Shown here in pieces: positions 22,542-34,413 of a DNA stretch of 64,000 bases (its first letter is position 1; each line of letters begins with the position of its first letter). Source of the stretch: Neoechinorhynchus agilis (Eukaryota; Animalia; Acanthocephala). The notes beneath the pieces are model-generated. The model was not told where the DNA came from and did no database searches. It worked only from the letters and a program-made list of their open reading frames with translations. Both the position numbers and the translations under genes were made by a program. The stretch lies in the NCBI GenBank assembly GCA_051530055.1, contig CM121342.1:10121480-10185479 (forward strand), given 5' to 3'.

Positions 22542-24285
22542 ATGGTAGCTTTACTCTCATGCTTTTTGTTCTACTTAGCCACGGGTCAACTCCAAACCCA
22601 GGATGGAAATATCACCATCGCCGGTGAGCTAACCAATACGTCCTGAGACACTAATGCTTGTGATTTTAGCTTTTGAAAAAAATTGGCAAATAAGACCAGT
22701 CATCGGTAAGGTTTTAAGTAAATCAACTTATATAGAAATATATTTGTTTCCTTTAGGAATTTTGGCACAGGAAACCAACGGGGTATTCGAAGATATGCCC
22801 GATAAGTCGTATTTGCCGGCGTCGTATGTAAAATACGTGGAATCTGCGGGAGGAGTTGCGTTACCAATAAGGTTTTTGCACAGTAAATTAGGGTTTGGTT
22901 TCTAGTTAAATTTTTAGATTAAATCGCAAGGACGAATACTACAGAAAAATATTTGAAAATATTCATGGGTAAGTTTGAAAATCAGTACTCAAGGATTGAA
23001 ATAAAATTCATTTATAAAATAAACCAATGAGAAAAGTCGAATTGTTGAAGATTTTAAACTTTGTTGGTGGAAAGCGGCTGAAACCTCAATGATAAAAAGA
23101 TAAATTTAATGTTAAAAATAGAGGGATAATACGGCAATGAATTTATGCTAATCCATGAAACCTCTATTGTTCAAACTAGATATCCTCGAAAAAAACGCTT
23201 AATAATGCATTGAACTTTAGTTATAATCGAATACCTAAGGATCAAAAATTTCCCGCACCGAATTTTGGTCTTTTAAATTCACTGAAATATCGAAGTATGT
23301 AAAGCTGCAATCGTTTTAATTTTTGCTTAGATTAATTTTACCCGGCGGTGAGGTTAGTGTGGACAACTCCGAATACGCTAGACTATCGCGAATGTTCTTT
23401 GAATGGGCAAAAAAGGTGAGTACTATTAGATGTTTGAAAGGTGTAATACAAACTCTTAAAAAGGCAAATGATAACAACGACACATTTCCAATTATGGGGA
23501 TATGTCTTGGTTTTGAACAATTATTCTACCTCGTCGCGGAAAAGAATCCATTGACTTATTGTAGAGGCCGGAACTACAATACGAATATAATCCCAACAAA
23601 AAGTATGCCTATTTTTATCAAAAACGAAAAGCACTTATTAAAAAATTTGAAGAATGGAGCAAATGTAAGATGTTGTCTTTAATGTCAGAGCAAATGTCTC
23701 ATGATGTGACTTGCAAGAACATTACCTACAATTATCATCAATATTGTGTCGAACCGGAGGTGATAATTTTTTTTGCTAAAAACTACGGTGAGCCAATTCT
23801 GTCGCTTTAACAATTAGACGTTCAACAGCAGTAAAAATCTGAGAGATTTCTTTTTGGTTGGAGCACTTAGCTACGATCTTGACGGTCTTCCTTACATTGC
23901 CTACGCTGAGGGTTAGTTGCACTTTTATGTTATTCAAAGATGGATGAAGAATGTGTTAAGCTCGCCGGTATCCATTCTACGCCTTCCAGTGGCATCCGGA
24001 AAGACCATTGTTCGAATGGACTCGGCATGGAATTACACACGCGCGTGAATCGATCAAAAATGGACATTTTTATGTCGCCCAATTTATAGATGAAGGTAAA
24101 GGCTAACCGAAATGTGGATATACCGCTGCGTCCAAAAACATTTAGCAATGAAAAGTCGACATGAATTCAGAGAAAAATACTTTGATTTACTTGTTTATAA
24201 CTATCAACCGACTTTTACCGGAAGCATATCGCCTTTTATGCAATCCTACATATTTGATGACTTTTCCGATGATAAGAATTATTGA
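22542..24285 (+). CDS. GGH: Gamma-glutamyl hydrolase (class I glutamine amidotransferase fold), multi-exon, with signal peptide
   Basis: RPVI|GILAQ; SYLPASYVKYVESAGG; LILPGG; MGICLGFEQL (catalytic Cys); YPFYAFQWHPE (catalytic His); C-terminal YNYQPTFTG..SPFMQSYIFD. All introns seen are GT-AG. Confidence 0.93.
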
Positions 24286-27200
24286 AACGCGAATTGTCCA
24301 AATCTTGAAAACCAAGAAACTCTGTTCCGGATTGAAAGGTTTAAAACCAACCACCACCGCTATCAAAACGATAAGTTATCCTGAAATAATAAAAAAAGAG
24401 TCCGCGATTTATGTCTGGAAAAGGAAAGCGGGCATTATTGAGAGTTTTGACTTCATTGATAAAACAGCAAAATCTTTTTTAAGAATTCTGGAAACATCTA
24501 AAGATTCTAACGGTAAAGACGTAAAACGGTTTTAGAAGACAATGAATCTTCATGCTCCTCAATTGGAAAATTGCAGAATTTTTGTATTTATCACACGATG
24601 TTAATAATATTAAAAAGAAAATTCAAGTCGTTCAATTCTTTGTCGACAGTTAAGACGTCTCAGAAATATTCGAAGAAATCTCGCAATCAATGAACATACC
24701 CAAAAAAATTTCAATGATCAAAGTACCACTGAAATGAGTATTCAACAAGAACTTGTTTGCTTCATTTGAATGTAATTAAGATATTTTTAGACGGATTAAA
24801 AGACCGAAAATAAAACTATTATTTTTAAATAAACGAATAGAAAATGTACAAAAATCTATCATGATATTTAGAGCAATAATGATTGGCCTGCGGTTAATTT
24901 GACTCAAACTATGTTTTCTAAAGCATACGATTAACGTTATTTTTTTGGATGATCGATTAATCACTGTGGATTATAGATATAGATATTCTATTTAATTGTT
25001 CCTTTGGGTGGATGTGTATTCTCGATGGCGAATCGTTACACACTCGAGCTTTATTATTGAAATCAACCTTGCGCATTTTCAAGGTCTCAGCCTCCTTTTC
25101 AAGCATCTAAAAATGGTTGTGGTGGGGTTACCTAAGTTCCCGAGTCAAGGCTACCAATTTAGGTACCGCACCACATCCATTTTTAGATGTTGAGAAGGAG
25201 GCTGAGGCCTTGAACATTCGCAATGAATATTTCAATACTAAAGCTCGAGTGTATTACAATTCGCCATTGAGGAGATATAGATATATAATCCATTGTGATT
25301 TTTATAATATTTCACAATTCCTTTTATTTAAAAGGCACTTTCTAATGCGCCGGTGGGTTCATTTGCCGTCTGACATATGAAGAATGAGATTCTATGAGTC
25401 ACATGACCCTAAAGAGGCATGAAATTCACGCTGAATTATACTCTGATTCATTCTTTTTTCAATGAAATTGAGGATATTTTGATTTTTTGAAATCTGGCCC
25501 GAAACTAGTAAAAGGTTCCATCAATGACGGATTAATCAGACATGTTGTCAAGGCGAAATCTCCAAGTGATAGATGACAATATAAGTCGAGAAATTCCTCA
25601 CATTGAAGTACACGGGTAACAGAGTGCTATAATGATGATCCTTATGAACGCACATCATGATTTCTGTGTTCTAATCATCCTATAAATCAAAATAGACGTG
25701 CCGGATGAGTGGTGGTGGTAAAGAATCGTTCCAGCAGGGCATTAACGGTACATTGCTCGACCATTTCCACAAAAGTCATCAAAAAAGAGATTAAGGAAAA
25801 GTGTGCACTAATGGGAGAACATTGGGCTTCGTTCATCACTAAAGAAACAAAATACGAATCACTGGCGCTTCGGGATTCCTGCAAAACGAATCTTCCTAAT
25901 TTGCTTTTCCTTAGAGGACAAATAACTGAGAAGCAATCAACGGAAGAGGAAACAAAAAGGCAGCTGTCTCTAGAACGAAAAATGACGGCAAAGAAAAATG
26001 AACATGGCTGCGAGTACTGCTTAAAATGGCTCGCGGATATCGTCTCCTGCTTCTTAAAAAAAGGACCGTAAGTACAAATCGGGCTTACTGAAAAGGAAGT
26101 CCAGGCAGACCATTTAGATTGAATCATTGTTGTATTTACTATCAGGCGCCCGTTCTAATATTGTCATAGACGATGGCAAATGGGTACTTGCGTTACAGAA
26201 AACACGAACTGACACCCCGGTATGCGACCGGCTCCGATTTTATCTAGTTACTAAGGACTAACAGGAAGCTATAAAAATCCAAGAAAAACCATGATCGAGA
26301 AAATCTTTACAGTATTATCAAAACGAAAAACCAAGTGGGACGGGATTCAGTAAGTTGAGAGAAGTGATCTGCATTTTTACGGTTGCGTGAAGTTCTATGC
26401 AACTTAGGGTCCTGTGAATATTTTATCGATCATTTTCTCTCCTAAACCTACAATAAAAATCACACAAATAGTTCATAAATATACTTTAAAAATATAAAAC
26501 ACTTTTCAAAAAGGTTAAGTTCATTTCACAAATCTTCTATTTTTCGCCTAACGACCATATATATACTTTAAACATTGACCTCAAGAATGGTTGATATGCG
26601 AGTACACTTAGGTGGAATTCTTAGACGTAAGATCGGTTGAGAAGTTTAATTACAACATCCTCCGGCTCAGTCTCATTAAGAGACTGATGCTTTGACACTT
26701 TAAACAGATTGAAGATCACAAAGTGGAATTCGAGCGGATAGTAGGCGGGTTGTGTAATAGGAACCGTTGCCGTTTCTACGGGGAGGGGGATCCGAATGGG
26801 CGAAAGTTTTTCTTCTCAGTTTCTGATGCAGCGGAATTATTTTATCATAGGAAATCGAGAAGGTCAACTAGGTCACGAATAAATTCGGCTATAATCTCAA
26901 CAAACTTTTACTACTAAATAAACAAAAGTAGGTTTAATAGCATGAGACAGTTATTCAACGAACATTTAGCATCCTAGAAGCTAGCAAAAGGTTTGCCACG
27001 CACGTGAACGACTAATGTAATATAGCCACGAGCGTTGACTTCTCACTCAAAAGACAGAATCTAATTGTGACATTCATCGAGGTTGTTGATTGTTCATCGA
27101 GGACATTCGCGAACTAAGATTGCCACTCAACCGGGTCGTGTTGATGGCGCGTGAAATGCCAAACAAATGGTTTGAAAGGTATATATACATTTCAGTTTAA

Positions 27201-27563
27201 AGTTTCGTGGAAAGCCAAGTTTAAGAAACTTCATTACAGCTTATTCTTGGCATAGTTGTGTAACTAGTCATATTTCATTCATGTTCTTAATACAATCTTG
27301 GGTTTTTCCAGAATAGACACAATGTCGCGAATTTAATAGGTAAAAAATATTTTAAATGTTTGCTACAAATATCTGTTAGTGAAGATTGGCCAGCCGGTAG
27401 CTTATATCGATGTGTGGCCTATTATGACATATAGACCACACATCGATATACATCGATATAAGTTACCGGCTGGCCAATCTTCATAAAAAAATCTTAATTC
27501 AATGGCCTTGAATTAATAATTATAAAATTGGCTGAGTTTGTACGTTCCGCAGTTGTGTCGAGG

Positions 27564-27618
27564 TGGTCAAGTGAACTAATGCCCGTGATCCCGATTAAGG
27601 GTCAAGTGGTTCGAATCC
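27564..27618 (+). promoter_or_regulatory. tRNA-derived internal Pol III promoter (A box and B box)
   Basis: A-box-like TGGTCAAGTGA (27564-27574) and consensus B box GGTTCGAATCC (27608-27618), within a tRNA-like D-arm/hairpin/T-arm segment. Confidence 0.65.
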
Positions 27619-27645
27619 GTTGCCGCCAATGACGCACAACCAAAG

Positions 27646-27714
27646 GGGACGAAATACCGCTGAAGGGAGGAAATTCACTGATGAGTCCCGCCTCCTGGAG
27701 GTATCCGAGGATCC
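27646..27714 (+). ncRNA. Hammerhead-ribozyme-like core with non-standard strand order
   Basis: gggac-GAAA-tacc (27646-27658); CTGATGA-gtccc (27678-27689); ggta-TC (27700-27705). Stem II is 5 bp with G10.1-C11.1; stem III is 5 bp; stem I is weak. Confidence 0.55.
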
Positions 27715-27849
27715 GGAGGAATGTACAAACTCGTACCGGATGGTTCAGTGCATTGAGTAATCGAATTACTACTCCGAGCCAGGTCGGTGGGCTGCGTGCC
27801 CAAAAATTAACAGCCGTGTCATAATAGGCCGCACATCGATATATCTGTT

Positions 27850-29295
27850 AATGTTGCACAGAATTATTCCCAATTAACTTTATGAGCAAATCAAGTCTGT
27901 CTCTCAAAACAAATAGAAATTCAACCGTTAGCAAAACAATTCGGTTTAATATGCAAGGAGAGTGCTAAAAAAATTGATCAGAATTTCTTTAATTTTTTTA
28001 CAAATTTATCAAGTCTAAATTTTAAAAACAAATGAAAATTTAATCATTGATTTTGTTAAAATTAAGAAAAAAATTTGCTTTAATTTGTCAGGAAAATGCT
28101 AGAAGTAATTTCCTATGTTTCTCAGATTTTTCCTAATTTTTTTGAAATTTATTAAGTCCAAATTTAAAAATCAAATAAAAAATTTGATCATTTATTTTGT
28201 TAAAAATAACAAAGCAATTCCGTTTAATGTGCCAAGAGAATGTTATAAATATTCGCTAATGTTGACTAGATTTCTTATTTTTTTACAAATTTATCAAGTC
28301 TAAATTTTAAAATCAAATAAAAGTTCAATCATTAATCTTGTTAAAGTTGAAAAATACAATTCGTTTTATTGTACCATGAAAGTGCAAGAAATATCTGCTC
28401 AAGCTGCTCAGATTTTTTCTCATTTTTTTACAAATTTATCAAGTCTAAATTTTAAAATCAAATAAAAGTTCAATCATTAATTTTGTAAAAAATAAAAAGG
28501 CATTCGTTTTAATGTGTCAGGAAAATACTGTGAATATTTGTTCAAGTTGCTCAGATTTTTTATAATTTTTTTACAAATTTATCAAATATAAATTTTAAAA
28601 TCAAATGAAAGTTTAATCATTAATTTTGTTGAAATTAACAAAAGATTCGTTTTAATGTGTCAGGAAAGTGCTATGAATATTTGTTCAATATGCTCAGATC
28701 TTTTCTGATTTTTTGTTCAAATTTATCAAATCTAAATTTTAAAATATACTAAAAGTTGAACCGTTAATTTTTTTGAAATTAACAAAAAATTCGTTTAAAT
28801 GTGTCAGGAAAATGCTATAAATATTTGCTAACGTTGATTAGTACTCCTTTATCTTATTTTACAAATTTACCATGCCTGTCTCATAAAAACAAATAAAAGT
28901 TCAATCATTAATTTTGTTGAAATTAACAAATATTCGTTTCAATGTGTCAGGAAAGTTGTATGAATATTTGTTCAAGTTGCTCAGATCTTTTCTGATTTTT
29001 TGTTCAAATTTATCAAATCTAAAATTGAAATATACTAAAAGTTGAACCGTTAATTTTGTTGAAATTAGCAAAAAATTCGTTTTAATGTGTCAGGAAAATG
29101 CTATATTTGCTAACGTTGATTAGAATTTCTTTATCTTATTTCTACAAATTTACCATGCCTGTCTCATAAAAAACAAATAAAAGTTCAATCATTAATATTA
29201 TGTTAAAGTTAGAAAAAAACCATTCGTTCTAATGTGCCAGGAAAGTGCAAAGAATATCTGATCATGTTGCTCAAATTTTTTCTAATTTTTACAAG
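27850..29295. repeat. AT-rich degenerate satellite, ~144-bp period, ~10 copies
   Basis: The anchor caaattt recurs at 28001, 28286, 28431, 28574, 28718, 28862, 29005 and 29145. Confidence 0.9.
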
Positions 29296-29940
29296 ATGAT
29301 CAGATGTGTATATTCTTAAGAAAACCGGGTATCTTTTTTCATGCACCGCACGTCTATTCGTCTTATTCAACTCATAGTAGAACGCATGAGCTTTTCTGAC
29401 TCATTTCAGGTAGCCAGTTATTTTGTCATCTATTCTTAGGGACAACTTTGCTTAATGTGGTTGAACATCGTCAACGTTGTCCTTAAGAGATAGATATCGT
29501 TGACGATGTTACGTCGAGTTGGTGTTTATAAGCTAAATACCGTAGGTTCAAGTTAGCGATCAATGCTTACAATAGAGAGAGCGATATTGATCGTCTACTT
29601 TAGATCTCTTGGTTTTTGTTTAACGATTTGAAAACGACGGAATAGTATGGGGGACTGTACGCATTGCTAAACTCATTTCCCGACCCGAATAAACTCCCAT
29701 TGGCATAAGTAGTGCCTGCTGCGCTTCAACTAAGCGTGACTCGTCTTCTCCAACTCGCAATCCTCTCTTCTTATGCCACTGATTCCGTCAAATCCGGAGC
29801 CATCGTCACATGAAATGCCGCCGCCCTACACGAGTGCGTTATATCTATAGCGAACGCACTCACACTTGTTGTTATTGTGAAAAGTGCGATTGTGGGTGGA
29901 GTTGCGCCATTGAGCAACGTTTTTTATATTAATTGTAGAT

Positions 29941-32900
29941 ATGGCCGCAAAGGCCCCTCGCATGGTATTCACATCCCCGACACCTACAGGCCGTGGTCCT
30001 CGGCGTAGGAAGCGGACTCCTCCGCCTCCTCCGTTACAGTCGTCCGACGTAGAAGCCGACCGAAGTAGCAGTAGTGGATCCAATTGCTGCAATACAACCG
30101 GTTCTTTACGGGAAACACGAGTAACGGAAAGCGTCGAACACATTTCACAATCAATCAATCGTTCGTCCCGCCATACACCTACATCTCTTCTAAACACTGA
30201 GGACTTCACAGATCATTCAAATCCTAAAAGCAAGCAACAGAAACACTTACTCAAAGAAGTCTTCTCTGGATATGAGAGTGAAATCAACCAATACAAAAAA
30301 GAGGATGGAGCGGTTTGTTGCCATTTGAACGGTGGAGAACGAACACGATCGGTACCAGTTCAGTTGAACAGGATATCGTGTCCTCGTATTGAAGAAGGCT
30401 CATTAAGAGAGAAGCTCTTTAAGGAAATGTCATTTACCAGGATCAACGATCGGATTCATGCACAAAGACCGGTACATTACTCACCTCCTCCTGTTGAAGT
30501 CTCGTTTCCCTACACTAACCAACCACGATTGCCTCAACTTTTTATAAACGAGACCTACCAATCTTATGAAACGACGAGTACTCTTTTGCCTCAATACAGA
30601 ATAAAAAGCCCTCCACCATCCGTTAAAACGGAGCAAAAGTCCAAAAGTCGAGATGTGGGTGTTCTTCACAAGGCTGAGAAATCGACTAAAGATCGTGGAG
30701 TTAGCCCCATACCAGGTAATCAAGATCCAATTCGTTGTGAAAAAGAGACTCGGATTGAAGTTGATAACTTTTATCGAGAAAAAATAAGACTGTTAACAAA
30801 TGAATTGTGTCAAGCTAAGAATATCATCAAGCCCCAACGCCATGTGGGTATTAATTTCAGACCAAGTGTGACGGACCGTGCGTTGAACACGGACAAGATA
30901 TTGAGTGGAACTGAGGTTGCGCTGCAATGTAATCGTAATCCTGAGACTCGTGATGCATGTATTCAGCATCAGCCAAAGCCAAAAGATCTTACCGAAAGGT
31001 ATGTTCAAGCAAATGCGCCATTATTGAGTACTTTAACTCAATGTGAGTTACTGAAGGACACCATTCGACCTGTTTGTAAGGACGCCAAAAACGATACAAG
31101 TGGGCTGATTGAACTCGAACACGTTTCAACGACAGCTTTGATAGAGCAAATGGACAAACAAACGAGTACAAGTGGAATTATGATGCAGAAATCAATTAAT
31201 GTTCAAACTGATAAGGTCACATTCAAAAGTAGAGATGCTGGATGTGACACGAAATCGACAAAGTCTACATTTACTAATACGGAAACTAAATCAGTCATGG
31301 ATGCTGGTGTAGTTGTGCAATCTACAACAAAGACAGATAGAGCTTCAAGTCCAGTCTCGGAATTATGCGCGGAAAAGACGTTGATCGAGGTTTTTAAAAA
31401 GGAGTTTAAAGATGAACAATTTGAGGTGAGCTTTGAGAGACAGGATGATGAATGTAAATGTGATCGGACTACTATTATGAATGAAGATCAAGGTACTTTA
31501 AAGGGAATTTTAAAGAAATCGACAGCTCCGGAGGCTGAGGACGCAAAGAAAGTTGCTACTATTTATGACGGGTAAGTGAACAAAAACCTCTCAAATTCAA
31601 AACATCTTCTCTTTAGATCTGAAGAATACAGTCGATCAGTTGAAAGTATCGATGACGGGCAAACTCAGCATGAAGTGGTCGGCACCACGAAGAGGTATGA
31701 AGAAGACAAACCTGCTAGTCCGCAGCATGATAATATCCCAGCTACCCAAAGCACTTCCATCATCCCTCTGAGTCCGTGTGTACGCTTCCTGCTGATATTT
31801 ACAATAGGCTTTTCGGTCACTTTTTTCTTTGTAAAAAAGTTGGCCTTCCCGACTTGATTTAAGCTCTCACACACACATCCACACATCGACGATGGAAACT
31901 CGAATCGTTGCTCGCGTGTGCGTTCATTGTGTTTGGCAATTTATGATTGTATGTGTAAAATAATATCTATAATTTTTTCTTATATATAGATGATTGCATG
32001 AGCTCGTTTGATAAGAACATATATCCTGCTAACCCTCTTCACAATGCTTATGTAGAAAATGTACTTTAAAAAGATTGAAATTTTATTCATTCAGGTCGGT
32101 AGAGGTATGTGATATGGATGATGATCTGCAGGAACTTTATGTTGCCTGTCTTCTTTTAAATGAACATCTATTTGAACCTGGCACAACGGATAAACTGAGA
32201 CTGGTAAGTTATTAAAGTATACTAGTAGTCGTCGAATATTTACTTAGCTTTTACTTATTTTTGCATACAGCAAATTGATTTGCATTTTTTAAAATTCGTA
32301 CAATAGCTCCTATTGTTTTGAATTCATTATTATTTGATAAAAGAAAATTCTTTGTTTTCGGGCGTATTGTAGCATTTAAAAAGTAGAAAACCATTTTAGG
32401 TTCCTGAGTGAAATTTTCACAGGTTCGGTCAATTAAATAGACATTAGCGATCGCATCATTGGTGGGATTTTTAACCACACCTAGATAATTAAACATTCTA
32501 AATACTGCAAGGTAGTCTCCAGATTTCACTGTTTTTCGTTATTTTTCGATCTAACATCAAAGTAAATAGTAAAAAAAATTAATAAAAAAGATTTTTGAGC
32601 ATTGCTTAGCCATTTTTACAATAAAGGGTAAGGTTCGTTATTTGGAAAAAAACCATACGCCTCTTGCGAACATTTTCCAGCTCAGAGACGATGTGTTTAA
32701 TAAATTGGATTATAAGTGGTTGAATTGGCTAAAAGTATGAAAAAACGACAGTTAATACATCAATTAAGATCATGATTGGTTGGAAACTTAAAAAAGGGAT
32801 TAAAATTAACTAGATAAAAATCAGTTTAATAAGCGAGCAATACCATTGAGAATGATTTTTTAGGAGAGAGCCGTAGCGGTCATCCAGCAAGACTGGTTTC

Positions 32901-33600
32901 AGGCATCAGCGGATGATACAAAGTGCAGTCCAGAGTCGGTTGCAAGATTGCTAAACGTATTTCGTAATTTCTCGAATTTTTTATTGGAGCGAGTCGTAAA
33001 CATGACCGATGCAAACGTAAGTTAAAACTCGATTTTAAATGAAAATACTCAAATGGGCCAAAACAGGGGAATTCAGCTATTCACCACGCAATTTCAAATG
33101 GCAATTGGGAGATCGTGGGTCTTCTTATGGATAGTGGAGTATGTGATGTTAATCTTCAAAATGAATTAGGATATACTCCAGCAATGTTATGTTCAGCGCT
33201 CATACTTTCTGATGCAAACTCAGCTCAAGCGAGTGCATACCGCCGGATTTTTATTGAAGGAAACGTTAATATACGAACAAGGCAAACTGGGTACACGGCG
33301 CTCATGCTAGCGTCAGAAAGAGGGTTCGTTGAAACCGTTCAAATGCTCCTATCAGCTGGCTCACAAGTCAATTTGCAAGATAATGACGGTCACACAGCTC
33401 TAATGAAAGCCGTGGACAATAATAATTTCAATGTAGTCGAGCTTTTGTTGAAAGCAGGGGACTGCGATATAAACCTCGCTGATCAAAAGGGTTTTTCTGC
33501 AATCACAAGAGCGACGAAGGATTCTCGGAAGGATATCCTACACCTGCTTTATAGTAGTAGACAAAGTAAGAGTGGTGGATCGTCCAAAAGTAAGAGGTGA
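29941..33600 (+). CDS. KANK: KANK-family protein (low-complexity/coiled-coil region plus C-terminal ankyrin repeats), multi-exon
   Basis: VVNMTDAN|GNSAIHHAISNGNWEIVGLLMDSGVCDVNLQNELGYTPAML; GNVNIRTRQTGYTALMLA; QDNDGHTALMKA. The upstream ORF has KANK-like RDVGV/RHVGI/RDAGC repeats. No KN motif seen, so the 5' end may lie upstream. Confidence 0.8.
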
Positions 33601-33903
33601 GTAACGCTAGTTAAGAAATGAGGGATTTTTGAACTTATTTGATCTTAAAAGTCGTCCGGTGGAGTATGGCAACAGCCGATGGATACCCAGGAGGTGACTG
33701 GTGAGCAGCCTAAGCTCTACTAATATCAAAATTTTTCTTTTTTGTTGACACGATCAAAGCAAATAGTTAAAGAAATTTTAATATTTTAGTTTATGCTATA
33801 ATTTTGAGTATTTACGACGATACGCTTTACAATTTTTTTAAGTAAAAGCATTTACACGGCTTGCTTGCCGATTAAAATTAAACGGGCAACGCTCAGAGAA
33901 ACA

Positions 33904-34137
33904 TTTTGTATTTGAAATTTAGTTTTAAGAAATTTAAATTAGTCTGAAAATTCCATAATTAATACTACAACTCCATATTCTACGATATGTATATATGCTT
34001 TTGCCGTTTAAAGTTGAACGGATAACGCCCAGAGGAAGATTTTGCATTTGAAATGCAGTTTTAAGAAATTTATATTGGTCTGAAAATTCCATAATTAAGA
34101 CTACAACTCCACATTCTACGATTTGTAAATATATATG
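33904..34137. repeat. Direct duplication of ~95 bp at 136-bp spacing
   Basis: ttttg.atttgaaat..agttttaagaaattta.att.gtctgaaaattccataattaa.actacaactcca.attctacgat starts at 33904 and 34040. Confidence 0.85.
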
Positions 34138-34413
34138 ATTTCGCCGATTATTTACAAAAATTTCCAAGAACTTTCAGTGTCGATCTAACGACTAAGAAGG
34201 CATTTTTGATTCCCAACCTAATTCTCGAATTTTTGCTTCGATTGAGCCAACCTTGGTTTCTAAGAATTATTTAACGTATCAACTACTTCTGCTTAATTCA
34301 TCAGACGTCCAGCGTTTAGGACCGTAGAAATATGAGCCTGACCAAATGGTGAGCTTATAAAAATGCACTTTTATTGCACTTTGTTGAATGTGAATGGGCA
34401 CTCAAAAAACTGG

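Larger units (their letters stand above)
27381..27843 (+). mobile_element. Solo, diverged copy of the array element (retrozyme/SINE-like) with 5' inversion and probable TSD
   Basis: 27461-27843 aligns with the 371-bp unit. 27381-27429 is an inverted copy of the unit end-start junction. Flanks atatctgttagtg (27369-27381) and atatctgttaatg (27841-27853). Confidence 0.7.

Noticed and set aside
27557-27628. Functional tRNA gene
   Set aside because: The acceptor stem does not pair in the register set by the D arm, and the anticodon loop lacks U33. Treated as a tRNA-derived module.
27660-27760. RNase P/MRP-like GAGGAAA(U)UC motif
   Set aside because: No CR-V consensus, the motif is in the wrong position relative to the closing stem, and the putative P4 partner does not covary in the array.
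27685-27800. HDV-like ribozyme (gtccc-gcc-tcct..gg resembles HDV P2/P3/L3)
   Set aside because: No P1 5' strand and no C-(G/U)-A-A J4/2 motif could be placed, and P3 fails in the array copy.
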